A stretch of 64,000 nt of DNA, from NCBI GenBank assembly GCA_963721685.1, contig CAVRJJ010000005.1:396980-460979 (forward strand). The letters are read 5' to 3'. The stretch comes from an uncultured bacterium. Lineage in GTDB: Bacteria > Patescibacteriota > Saccharimonadia > UBA4664 > SCTI01. Under the pieces are notes generated by a model. The model made no database searches and was not told where the DNA came from. It saw nothing but the letters and a program-made list of their open reading frames with translations. Made by a program: the position numbers and the translations under genes. Within the stretch, counting starts at the first letter, position 1. The number at the start of each line of letters is the position of its first letter. Below are positions 29,418-38,841 of the stretch, in pieces.

Positions 29418-30482
29418 ATGAAATCAAAACTCCAGTCGCTCCTAAAAAATATCTCGCCATTCGTTATTACCGGGTTGCTATTATCATCATTTTTGCCAGG
29501 CATAGCTAACGCCGCGCAAATAACCAACCGCAAAGTTACCCTGGGAACCTCGCAGCCCAGCGTATCGACCAGCCACAACTACACCTTCACCGCTCCTTCG
29601 GCTACAACCGTACAGTCTGTTGATTTCCTTTACTGTACCGCCCCGTCGGGTACCTGTACGACTCCAGCAGGAATAACTACAACCACCGCAGCCTTAAATG
29701 GTTCGCCGGGCAACCTGGGCAGTGGCGGCACCTGGACGATTGGCGGCACCCCCACAAACGGGCGTGTACAGATTGCCAACGCTTCCAATACGGGGTCACC
29801 TAGCGCTGGCGCAACCGTTAACTTCAATACCATTACCAACCCGAGTCTCGGCGCAAACAACCAAAATAGCTTTTATGTCCGCATCGTAACCTACTCCGAT
29901 GCCGCTTGGACTACCCCCATCGATTCAGGCACGGTAGCCGGGAGCGTTACCAACCAGATCCAAGTAACCGCTTCGGTGGATGAAACGCTTAACTTCTGCG
30001 CCTTCCAAACCGGCACCACTTGCGCCAATGGCACGGGGACTACCGTAGCGCTCGGCACCCTAAGCAGCTCTACCCCAACCAGCAGTACCTCAAAAATGGT
30101 CGCTGGAACCAACGCTACCTCGGGATATGTAATTCAGTACACGGGCGCAACTTTAACCAGTGGTCCTAACACCATTGCTGCAACCGGGACGGGCGGAGCC
30201 ACTTCTGCAGCAGGGAGTTCACAATTTGGCATTAACTTAGTCTCCAATACCACACCTTCAGTTGGCTCGGCTGCCTCGGGTGGCACGGGAGCTGCTTCTA
30301 CGAACTATGCCACCGCAAATACTTTCTCTTTCGTGCCCAGCACCTTAACTCAAGTTGCTTCGGCCGCGGCGGCGACTTCGGATACCCTCTACACCGTGGC
30401 GTACCTGGCTAACATCTCGGCGGCCCAGCCGGCGGGTGCTTATTCCACAACATTGACCTATATCTGTACCGCGACCTTCTAA
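29418..30482 (+). CDS. secreted Thr/Ser/Gly-rich paralog 2 (C-terminus TLYTVAYLANIS..AYSTTLTYICTATF)
   Basis: It has a signal peptide ending ANAAQI. After processing the N-terminus is AAQITNRKVTLGTSQP, paralogous to AAQIDSRKLTLGTSSP of paralog 3. Confidence 0.5.
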   Translation: MKSKLQSLLKNISPFVITGLLLSSFLPGIANAAQITNRKVTLGTSQPSVSTSHNYTFTAPSATTVQSVDFLYCTAPSGTCTTPAGITTTTAALNGSPGNLGSGGTWTIGGTPTNGRVQIANASNTGSPSAGATVNFNTITNPSLGANNQNSFYVRIVTYSDAAWTTPIDSGTVAGSVTNQIQVTASVDETLNFCAFQTGTTCANGTGTTVALGTLSSSTPTSSTSKMVAGTNATSGYVIQYTGATLTSGPNTIAATGTGGATSAAGSSQFGINLVSNTTPSVGSAASGGTGAASTNYATANTFSFVPSTLTQVASAAAATSDTLYTVAYLANISAAQPAGAYSTTLTYICTATF

Positions 30483-30484
30483 GC

Positions 30485-31555
30485 ATGGGGGCGATGCCAC
30501 AAAATTTGACCAGGAGGCTGGCTCAAATTACGATTGGCGCCTTGCTGATCTGTCTTATAGCGCCTTTTAGTGCCAACGCTGCTCAAATTGATTCCCGTAA
30601 GCTGACGCTTGGTACATCCAGCCCGCTGGCTAGCACCACCTATACTTTTACCTTTACGGTGCCCACAACCGGAGCACCGGTTCTCAGTTGGGAGGCCCAA
30701 ATCTGCACTACTCCATCAGGGGCATGCGTAATGCCTCTTGGGTTTGTTAACTCCAGCTCAATTAACCAGCCGACGGGGCTTGGCGATGCCAGCGGATGGA
30801 CGGGAAATACCGCTACAGCTGGCAGTCTGAGGATGTCAAACGCAGGAAATGCAACTGTACCCAGCGGCAGCCAAACGGTTACTTTTAACTCTGTTACAAA
30901 CCCAAGCACACCCAACCAGACGATTTATGCCCGAATAACTACCTATGGCGGATCTACCTGGAACCCCCCGATAATTGACACTGGTACAGTCGCGGCTAGC
31001 ACGGCTAACCAGATTCAACTAAGTGGGACTATGGATGAATCGCTGGTCTTTTGTACCGGCACCAGTATCACCGGCACTAACTGTGGCACCGCGACTGGCA
31101 ATGCCGTTAACTTTGGAACATTTTCAACTTCAACAACTCGGACCGGCACCTCGGTAATGGCTGCATCAACGAATGGACAAAGCGGCTACAGTATTACCTT
31201 AAACGGCACTACCATGACTTCAGGATCAAATACTATCCCGGCGATGGGTGCGCAATCGGCAAACGGCGCGGCCGCAGCTTCAAATGTGGGGACTTCCCAG
31301 TTTGGTGTTAACTTGCGCGCTAATGCTACGCCAAGTGTCGGGGCGGACCTGACGGGTACTGGCTCTGGTACTTACGGGACAAACTACGGCATTGCTGACT
31401 CATTTCGTTTCTTTACCGGGGATTCGGTAGCGACCGCCGCAACCTCTACCGATGCCAATGCTTTTACGGTTTCATACATCGTAAACGTAGCCGGCAACCA
31501 GCCAGCGGGAACCTACGTAGCCAATATGACCTATATTTGTACCGCTACATTCTGA
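30485..31555 (+). CDS. secreted Thr/Ser/Gly-rich paralog 3 (C-terminus AFTVSYIVNVAG..TYVANMTYICTATF)
   Basis: It lies 2 nt after paralog 2 and has the same architecture and terminal motif. Confidence 0.5.
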   Translation: MGAMPQNLTRRLAQITIGALLICLIAPFSANAAQIDSRKLTLGTSSPLASTTYTFTFTVPTTGAPVLSWEAQICTTPSGACVMPLGFVNSSSINQPTGLGDASGWTGNTATAGSLRMSNAGNATVPSGSQTVTFNSVTNPSTPNQTIYARITTYGGSTWNPPIIDTGTVAASTANQIQLSGTMDESLVFCTGTSITGTNCGTATGNAVNFGTFSTSTTRTGTSVMAASTNGQSGYSITLNGTTMTSGSNTIPAMGAQSANGAAAASNVGTSQFGVNLRANATPSVGADLTGTGSGTYGTNYGIADSFRFFTGDSVATAATSTDANAFTVSYIVNVAGNQPAGTYVANMTYICTATF

Positions 31556-31559
31556 TACT

Positions 31560-32564
31560 ATGGAAGGCATGAAAGCGCTTCGCTTAGTTATGGGAATTTG
31601 GTTATTGGTGGCGGCTGCTGCTGTCACGACGGGCTTATCGGCCGAAGCCGCCACCCCTTCTGTCACCACCTCACCCGCGACCGCCCAGGGGCTGGAAATC
31701 TCACCTCCGGTAATAGAACTCAGGGCTGATCCTGGGCAAACCCTGACGGTTCAGATTCGATTACGCGATGTTTCAAGCGGGCCCCTGGTGGTGCGGGCAA
31801 CAGCTGACGACTTTGGCGCTAAAGGCGAAAATGGGGACCCGCAAATACTGCTTGATGAAAAAGAGGCTACCCGTTACTCATTAAAGTTTTGGGTAGAACC
31901 GCTCCCAAGCTTTAGCTTGGTGCCCCAGGAAGTAAAAACCATTCCGGTGAAAATTGTCGTCCCCGCCAACGCTGAACCCGGCGGGCATTATGGCGTGATT
32001 CGTTTTACCGGTACACCTCCTGAGCTGGAAGGCACCGGAGTGTCATTAACGGCAAGCCTGGGTGCGCTGGTGCTGTTACGGGTTTCCGGCGACATTACTG
32101 AAAAGCTGGCAGTTGAAGAGTTCTATACGAGCAAAACATTGGAGAATAAGAGTGTAAAAAAGACCGGGTTTTTTGAAACCGGTCCCATCGGATTTACCGA
32201 GCGCCTGAAGAATGGGGGGAGTGTTCACGTTAAACCAGTGGGTTATGTTTCTGTTTACAATATGTTTAACAAACGGATTGCCCAGCTGCCAGTCAGCAAT
32301 CCGGCGCGCAATGTACTTCCTAGCAGTATTCGCAAGTTTGACCAACAACTTGAAACAAAACGACTTTTTGGCCGCTACACCGCCAAAATGGATGTGAGCT
32401 ACGGGTCGGGGAAGCGGCTTACTGAAACGGTCAGTTTTTGGGTCATCCCATACAAGCTAATTCTCATTGCCCTTGTAGCTATCATTCTGCTTATTGTGGT
32501 ACTCCGCCAGGGACTGAGGCGCTATAACCGGTGGATTATTAGCCAAGCATCCCGCCGGCGATAG
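31560..32564 (+). CDS. DUF916/DUF3324-like (CscB-like) cell-surface protein with C-terminal TM anchor and basic tail
   Basis: After the signal peptide come two beta-rich domains (PPVIELRADPGQTLTVQIRLRDVS...VPANAEPGGHYGVIRF; VKPVGYVSVYNMF...FWVIPYK), then a TM (LILIALVAIILLIVVL) and RQGLRRYNRW. This architecture matches the DUF916+DUF3324 proteins that accompany WxL proteins in Firmicutes. Confidence 0.45.
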   Translation: MEGMKALRLVMGIWLLVAAAAVTTGLSAEAATPSVTTSPATAQGLEISPPVIELRADPGQTLTVQIRLRDVSSGPLVVRATADDFGAKGENGDPQILLDEKEATRYSLKFWVEPLPSFSLVPQEVKTIPVKIVVPANAEPGGHYGVIRFTGTPPELEGTGVSLTASLGALVLLRVSGDITEKLAVEEFYTSKTLENKSVKKTGFFETGPIGFTERLKNGGSVHVKPVGYVSVYNMFNKRIAQLPVSNPARNVLPSSIRKFDQQLETKRLFGRYTAKMDVSYGSGKRLTETVSFWVIPYKLILIALVAIILLIVVLRQGLRRYNRWIISQASRRR

Positions 32565-32606
32565 TCACTAAGCCCGGTACATAATGCTTATGCTATAATC
32601 CCAGCA

Positions 32607-33560
32607 ATGGGTATTAAAACGGGGCGGCTACACCCCCACCATCACACATCATATCCAGCCCTAGCTTTTTTACTGGTGCTGACCGCGCTGCTCTTGGCGG
32701 CGGTTAACTGGAATATTTCCGCGGCCACCCTGACGACCACGGGGAGTGTGAGTCTCAGCGGGGAAATGGCAGGACCTCCGCCCACGGCACCTCCTTCAAT
32801 CCAGTCACCAACCATGGGACAACGCTTTACTAGGACGCCGGTAAATGTTTCCGGAACATGTATAGGCGGTTTACGGGTAGTAATACTGCGCAGTAATGTG
32901 GTGGCCGGTCAAACATACTGCACCTCGGGGGGATCGTTCCAGCTTATGGTGGATCTCGTGCCTGGTGCAAACGACCTTACTGCCCGGCAGTATGATGCCC
33001 TAGACCAAGCCAGTCCCAGTTCACCGGCTGTAACGGTGTTTTATGACAAGCCCTCTGGCCCAAACGTGCTTGTTCCGGGACATCCAAATGCCCCCAAGCT
33101 AATTAATCCGGTGGTTGAAAGCCAGCCCTTCATTATTTCCAGCGCGTTCAGTGGACGCCATATCTTTCCGGAAACTGAATTCAAAATCCCGATTGATGTT
33201 GCCGGCGGGGTTGCCCCTTACGCGGTCCATATCGATTGGGGAGACGGCGGAAGCAGCTTGCTGAGCATGGCTAAAGCGGGTTCGCTGAACGCGCCCTACA
33301 CCTACGCGAGTCCTGGAATTTATAGTGTCATAATCAAGGCAACGGATGCCAATGGGGCCGCGGCCTATTTCCAGTCGGCGTTAACGGTGAATGGAAAAAC
33401 GGTTGCTCCGCCTGCAACGACTTTGCCGGACCGACAGATGATTATTTTATGGCCAATTTTCATTATTATTGGCGCGTTGGTGCTGGGTTTTTGGCTGGGG
33501 GACCGGTTTGAAAACGGACGCTGGCGCCACCGGCAGGAAAAAGCTCCCGGGCTTAGCTAA
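32607..33560 (+). CDS. membrane-anchored PKD-domain protein (signal peptide, PKD-like domain HIDWGDGGSS..YTYASPGIYSVIIKATDANG, C-terminal TM)
   Basis: The W-x-D-G-D-G ... Y-x-Y ... G-x-Y-x-V pattern of PKD domains is present, and there is a C-terminal TM (MIILWPIFIIIGALVLGFWL). Confidence 0.5.
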   Translation: MGIKTGRLHPHHHTSYPALAFLLVLTALLLAAVNWNISAATLTTTGSVSLSGEMAGPPPTAPPSIQSPTMGQRFTRTPVNVSGTCIGGLRVVILRSNVVAGQTYCTSGGSFQLMVDLVPGANDLTARQYDALDQASPSSPAVTVFYDKPSGPNVLVPGHPNAPKLINPVVESQPFIISSAFSGRHIFPETEFKIPIDVAGGVAPYAVHIDWGDGGSSLLSMAKAGSLNAPYTYASPGIYSVIIKATDANGAAAYFQSALTVNGKTVAPPATTLPDRQMIILWPIFIIIGALVLGFWLGDRFENGRWRHRQEKAPGLS

Positions 33561-33611
33561 TCCGCTTACGCTTTTCTTCTTGTTCCAACAGATCATAACT
33601 GTTATGCTTGA

Positions 33612-36449
33612 ATGGTAGAAAAGTGTGTCCGGATACTACTTAAGTTAGTTGCCAAAATGTGGAGTAACAAAATCATTAAAAAAAGCTTAATAAAGCTAAA
33701 GTTTGCAGTCCGCATATTAATGGTCGGCTTGTTTGTGGTGATTGGGGGATTTCACGTTGGCAGTTTTGCGCCGCAAGCTGAGGCCGCGGCCGGCATAAAC
33801 CAGCAAATAAATTTTCAGGCGCGCTTGCTTAATTCTCAAGGTGCGACCGTTCCTGACGGGACGTATAACGTTCAATTTAAAATTTACCAGGATGGTACCG
33901 GCTGTGTCGTTAGTGGCTCATCCCCCTGTGGCGGCACGTTGCTATGGACGGAAAGCTGGCTTAACAATACGACTCAAGGTGTAGCCGTAAAAAACGGGTA
34001 TTTTTCTGCCTATCTCGGCTCGATCAGCTCGCTTGCAGGTGTTGACTTTAATCAAGACTCCCTCTGGTTGTCTCTTAATATTGGGACAACCAACCCTAGC
34101 TGTACGCCATTTACGAATTGTGGCGGAGATGGGGAAATGCTGCCGTTTAAGCGGTTTGCCTCTAATCCCTACGCCCTCAACTCCGGCAAGCTTTCCGGCC
34201 TCACCTCCTCACAGTTCGTCCAATTAGCCCAAGGCGTACAGGTGGATACCTCTACCGCCTCCTCAATCTTCATCAACAAGACCGGAGCTACCGGAAACAT
34301 CATCCAACTCCAAGACGCCGGTACCGACGCCTTTGTGGTCGGTAACGCTGGTAACACCAGTATTAACACCAACTCCGCAACCGCTTTAACCGTCCAGAAC
34401 GGCTCTAACAACGCCTTTGGCGTCGATACCTCTAACATCAAAGTAGCTATTGGACTGTCTACCGCCTCTGCTAGCTCAAGGCTAAGTGTCGCCGGACAAG
34501 GAGCCGCCAACGGCATTACCTTAGGTGACGGGGCAACCGGATCAGCCAACCTGTATGTTAGCGCCAATGATACCCTTAAGACTGATGACGCGTTTCATAT
34601 AGACACTGATGTCGCTTTAGCCTTTCGCCTTCGTGATGCAGCCGGTACCACCACCATTTTAACGGTAGATAATTCAACAGGAAACATGAGTATAGGAGCG
34701 ACAGATACTTCCACGTATAGACTCAAGGTAGTGAGCGCCACAAATACCGGAATCCAAGTCATAAACACAGCTTCCCCCAGTGCGACTTCCGGGGCTGGCA
34801 TTGTCGGCCATCTATCCTCTCTGCCCACAGCCGCCAACCAGCGTATGGGGTACTACTTGTTTGGCACTACAACAGCCAATAGTGCTGGTCTGTTAGGCTA
34901 TTCGGAGCAGGCACATAGCGCTGCCAATAAAGGTACCTATCTTAGCTTTGAAACCACCAACCTTGATACCAATACACGCGGCGAGAAGCTTCGTATTAGT
35001 GCTAATGGTAATGTAGGGATTGGCACAACGGGCACGCCATCTGCTCTTTTGCAGTTAGGTTCAGATGCTGGTACCGCCGCCAGCGGTATTATGCTCGGCA
35101 GCGGAGCTGATTTGGTAACCCTTTACCGCTCGGCTGGAGACACCTTAAAGACGGATGATAGTTTGGTGGTCGGCACTGGGCTGACGGTATCAGGCGGAGG
35201 AACCAGTATTACCGGCAACTCCACCATATCTGGTATCTTAGGCGGTGTAACGGATTTTACCCTTTCGGGCAGTATCTCCGGCGGCACAAGTTATTCAGGG
35301 TCGGCCAACATTACCTCAACCGGCGGCTCGATTATCGCAGCAACCCATACCGGCCCAGGCGCGGTGACGGTTTCGTCTGGTGGGTCAAGCGCTCTAACCC
35401 TCACCTCAGCATCGGGGACAGCTATTTTAGGTGGCACCACCAACAGCATTCAGCGTACCAATTCAGCATTAGAGCTTGATGTCGTAAATGCCGCGGCAGC
35501 TTCAACCTTAAATGTCACAAACTCTGATGGATCGCAAGTAGCCAATCTTAACGTTGAAGGCGGACTCAACATTGGTTCGGGACAAACCTACAAGATAAAT
35601 AACGCCGACATTAATTCGGCCGGTACCCTCACTAATGTTGCTTATGAGAATCAGGCTAACGTGTTTACGGCAGCCCAGTCATTGCAGCACACCAACGCGA
35701 GCGCGTTCTTAATTCAAACAAACTCCGGGGGTGCGACACTGTTAACAGCTGATACCAGTGCCATGATAATTAAAATTGGAACGGCTAGTGCCGGAACATT
35801 ATTAGGCGTTGATCTCACGGTGAGTGAAGCTGAGGTTACGACCACGCTACGCGTTGGTACTACGAGCAATGGCATGGATTTCAGCGCATCCGGGGTTACC
35901 TATTATGGGACAGGAGCCAATCTTTCCAGGCGTCTCGTGCTTTCTCCGGAATACCCCGGCGGCACTTTAAGCCCCGATACTACCAGCAACGTAGGAACCA
36001 TGACCTCGGATAGTGAACGGGCAACCGCTAATAATTGGCGCAATTACTATAACTGGGTTTCTACCCAAGCCACCAACCAAGACTATGATATTCTTGTGCG
36101 CGTAATTTTACCGGCGGATTTTGTTAGCTGGGAAACCGGCTCCTGTCCTGGAAGCGCCTGTGCCCTTGAGATTGAATATAAAACCGGGCTGGCCGCCACC
36201 ACCAACAATGGTGTCTCAGGTTTCATCTATAACGCTTCCAGTGATACGGCGATCTGCGCGCTGGCTGAAGCTGGGAGTACGAGCTGGACCAGTTTTGGCT
36301 GCACATCGGCCACCTTAGATGATGGTGGTACCGACCTGGACACCGCTGGCCAGGTCGCGGTTATACGGATCACCCTTAAGGCCAACAGCACGGCTTCCGC
36401 GGCCGCGCGGGCTGGCGATATAGTCCTAAGGTATAAGGCGAAGTACTAG
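33612..36449 (+). CDS. large (about 930-945 aa) secreted tail-fibre-like repeat protein
   Basis: The N-terminal module is INFQARLLNSQGATVPDGTYNVQFKIYQDGTG..LWTESW. Long Gly/Thr/Ser/Ala beta-helix-like repeats with ISANGNVGIGTTGTPSALLQLGS-type motifs, common in phage tail fibres, follow. A likely internal start is MWSNK at 33657. Confidence 0.5.
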   Translation: MVEKCVRILLKLVAKMWSNKIIKKSLIKLKFAVRILMVGLFVVIGGFHVGSFAPQAEAAAGINQQINFQARLLNSQGATVPDGTYNVQFKIYQDGTGCVVSGSSPCGGTLLWTESWLNNTTQGVAVKNGYFSAYLGSISSLAGVDFNQDSLWLSLNIGTTNPSCTPFTNCGGDGEMLPFKRFASNPYALNSGKLSGLTSSQFVQLAQGVQVDTSTASSIFINKTGATGNIIQLQDAGTDAFVVGNAGNTSINTNSATALTVQNGSNNAFGVDTSNIKVAIGLSTASASSRLSVAGQGAANGITLGDGATGSANLYVSANDTLKTDDAFHIDTDVALAFRLRDAAGTTTILTVDNSTGNMSIGATDTSTYRLKVVSATNTGIQVINTASPSATSGAGIVGHLSSLPTAANQRMGYYLFGTTTANSAGLLGYSEQAHSAANKGTYLSFETTNLDTNTRGEKLRISANGNVGIGTTGTPSALLQLGSDAGTAASGIMLGSGADLVTLYRSAGDTLKTDDSLVVGTGLTVSGGGTSITGNSTISGILGGVTDFTLSGSISGGTSYSGSANITSTGGSIIAATHTGPGAVTVSSGGSSALTLTSASGTAILGGTTNSIQRTNSALELDVVNAAAASTLNVTNSDGSQVANLNVEGGLNIGSGQTYKINNADINSAGTLTNVAYENQANVFTAAQSLQHTNASAFLIQTNSGGATLLTADTSAMIIKIGTASAGTLLGVDLTVSEAEVTTTLRVGTTSNGMDFSASGVTYYGTGANLSRRLVLSPEYPGGTLSPDTTSNVGTMTSDSERATANNWRNYYNWVSTQATNQDYDILVRVILPADFVSWETGSCPGSACALEIEYKTGLAATTNNGVSGFIYNASSDTAICALAEAGSTSWTSFGCTSATLDDGGTDLDTAGQVAVIRITLKANSTASAAARAGDIVLRYKAKY

Positions 36450-38200
36450 TGCGCAGGACTAGGTTTGCACTATGGTTGAATGATTCATTAATAGCTGCGT
36501 TGTGTTTTGCGCTGGCTTTTTTCTGGCTCGGCAGTATTACCTTTTTCCCCAAAAGCGCCAACGCTGCCCCCGCCAACATGCTGCTGCTGTGGGAAAGCGC
36601 TTCGCCGCCAACTGGCTGGAGTTTTGTCAGTACCTACAATGGCCGGTTTGCCAGAGGGGAATCCGAAGCCAATGTCGGGCTAACTGGCGGTACCGCGTCG
36701 GTGGTGATTTCGGTTGCCTCAACCACGGTTGCCAGTATCTCAGATACCAGCTCCAACGGAGGCTTAAACCTTACTGCCCGTTCAGCGTCAGGCCATACCC
36801 ACGCCATTACCGGGCAGTCCACAACGGTAACTAGCACTGCTGGTACCTGGCCGCCAGCTTACCGCTCGCTTCGGGTGATAAAGCCAACCGCTAACGGTAT
36901 GAGCGGTACAGTTCCGGCCGGGGCAATTGCCATGTTTGATGATTCGCCTGGGATGCCGGGCTCTAATTGGACGCAGTACACTGACATAAATGGTAGAATG
37001 CTCATGTTAGATAGTTCGATCGCGCCAACTAATGGCGGAAATGACACAAAATCATTTACGGTTACCTGGGGAGCGTTAGGGGCTGCTTCTGGCAACCAAA
37101 ACACTGGTACCGGTGGCGGAAACTTTGGGGCAGCTACTACCCATACCCACACGGCTCCAGCCCAAACGGTAATTACCGATGCTACGCTTCCCATCCACGT
37201 CCAACCGGTTTTTGCCAAAGCAACCGTTGATACGGTAGTGCCGCCAGGCATGCTTACGTTATTTGATGGTACACTGGGTGCCGGTTGGCAGGTACAGTCG
37301 GCTAGTGGCGGCACCTATTTTCAAAATTTTCTCCGCGGGGCCGCGGCCTATAGCGCCGCGTGTGCCTCAACTTGCGCCAACACCTTTAACCAGCCAGTCG
37401 CGACGTCTGGGGCCACTGGTAACTCCGGTACCACTACCGCCCAAAGCGCAACAGATGGCAACTTGGCCGGCCCTAGCCATACTCACACCGAAAATATGAA
37501 CTTTACGGCCGGAACGGCCAACGTTCCTCAATATGTAAACTTAGTTATCGCGAAAAAGATTGGTTTCACCGCCAACAGCTACAGGTGGTGGTATGACAAT
37601 GATAACCAGAATGTGGCTACAGCTTGGGGCACGCCAGCTATTGCAGAAGCCACCCCGATCTCGACCATACCGGCTCCAAGTGACCCGCCAATTCCAACTG
37701 ATGAGTTGCGTTTGCGCACAAACATGATTGTGTCCGGCCCGCTTTTACCGGTTAGTACTATGCAGTTTAAACTGCAGTTTAAACAGGGAACCGACCAGTC
37801 CTGTGCCACAGGGAGCTGGACTGACGTAGGCGCAGGAGGAAGTGGCACGATTTGGCGTTTTGCAACATCGGGAGTTACCGATAACACCACTCTGACGGCA
37901 ACCAAGCTTTCGCCGGGCTCGGACGTGCTTGAGCTGTATTCAAAGTCAAACCCCACGGCCGTGAATCCGGCAGCTACCACCGTGAATGGCCAGACCATTG
38001 AATATGATTTTCACATTGAAGATAATGGGGCGCCTGGAGCGACCATGTATAGTTTCCGTCTAGTTGAATCAAGCGGCTTTTTGCTAGCCGCCTACAGCGT
38101 GTGTCCAACCTTGACAACCGCTCCCGATACGGGAAGCTTACTGCGCCACGGTAACTTCTTTGAGAATGAATCGGAAAGGGGGTTCTTTTGGGCAAACTAA
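36449..38200 (+). CDS. secreted protein with three phage-tail-collar-like domains
   Basis: Three repeats of a tail-collar pattern: MLLLWESASPPTGWSF..GRFARG..GHTHAITG; AIAMFDDSPGMPGSNW..GRMLM..THTHTAP; MLTLFDGTLGAGWQV..FLRG..PSHTHTEN. The start overlaps the end of the previous gene. Confidence 0.5.
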   Translation: MRRTRFALWLNDSLIAALCFALAFFWLGSITFFPKSANAAPANMLLLWESASPPTGWSFVSTYNGRFARGESEANVGLTGGTASVVISVASTTVASISDTSSNGGLNLTARSASGHTHAITGQSTTVTSTAGTWPPAYRSLRVIKPTANGMSGTVPAGAIAMFDDSPGMPGSNWTQYTDINGRMLMLDSSIAPTNGGNDTKSFTVTWGALGAASGNQNTGTGGGNFGAATTHTHTAPAQTVITDATLPIHVQPVFAKATVDTVVPPGMLTLFDGTLGAGWQVQSASGGTYFQNFLRGAAAYSAACASTCANTFNQPVATSGATGNSGTTTAQSATDGNLAGPSHTHTENMNFTAGTANVPQYVNLVIAKKIGFTANSYRWWYDNDNQNVATAWGTPAIAEATPISTIPAPSDPPIPTDELRLRTNMIVSGPLLPVSTMQFKLQFKQGTDQSCATGSWTDVGAGGSGTIWRFATSGVTDNTTLTATKLSPGSDVLELYSKSNPTAVNPAATTVNGQTIEYDFHIEDNGAPGATMYSFRLVESSGFLLAAYSVCPTLTTAPDTGSLLRHGNFFENESERGFFWAN

Positions 38201-38841
38201 GTACCATTGCTTCTTCTCGCCTATTTGGTTGGGTTGTTCCGATTGTTGTTGCTGGACTGGGTTTTGCTGCAGTCCAACCCTTGCTTACTTTTCAGGCTAA
38301 AGCGGCGGGTACCTATCGAGCTGGCGCGGATGTGGTGGCAGGGTATCAACAGGTTTATATTCAGGATACCGTGACGCTTGTAAAAACTTATATTACCAGC
38401 GGTCGACAAAATAGTTACGATCCGGAAATTGCCAATAATCAGTACGTGGCCTACAGTGTCGCTAGTAATGATGGCTCCATCCAAGTAAAGCTTTATAATA
38501 TTACGTCATCGTCCACGACTGCGATTGTGAATGACGGCACCAATTTAGACCCTAAAGTTGATCAGGGTATAGTGGTATGGAAAAAATGGGTAACCGACCG
38601 ATGGCAGATCTTTTTATATAATGGTACATCGGCTATACAGATCAGCGCCGGTAACTCATCAGCTCGGCCTGATATTGAAGGAGATCTTGTAACCTACGCT
38701 ACCAAAAATGGCTCGAATATATGGGAGTCTTATAAATACACCATCAGTAGCGGAGCAACGGTTCTGGTTAATAGCGGAAATAACTTTGCTTGGCCGCGGT
38801 TGTCGGGAATAAACGTCATATATGGCTACCGGCTCGACTAG
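38188..38841 (+). CDS. secreted beta-propeller-like repeat protein
   Basis: An N-terminal TM/signal and repeated YxxY..DGS/NGS beta-strand motifs. It overlaps the previous gene end by 13 nt (operon coupling). Confidence 0.4.
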   Translation: MGKLSTIASSRLFGWVVPIVVAGLGFAAVQPLLTFQAKAAGTYRAGADVVAGYQQVYIQDTVTLVKTYITSGRQNSYDPEIANNQYVAYSVASNDGSIQVKLYNITSSSTTAIVNDGTNLDPKVDQGIVVWKKWVTDRWQIFLYNGTSAIQISAGNSSARPDIEGDLVTYATKNGSNIWESYKYTISSGATVLVNSGNNFAWPRLSGINVIYGYRLD

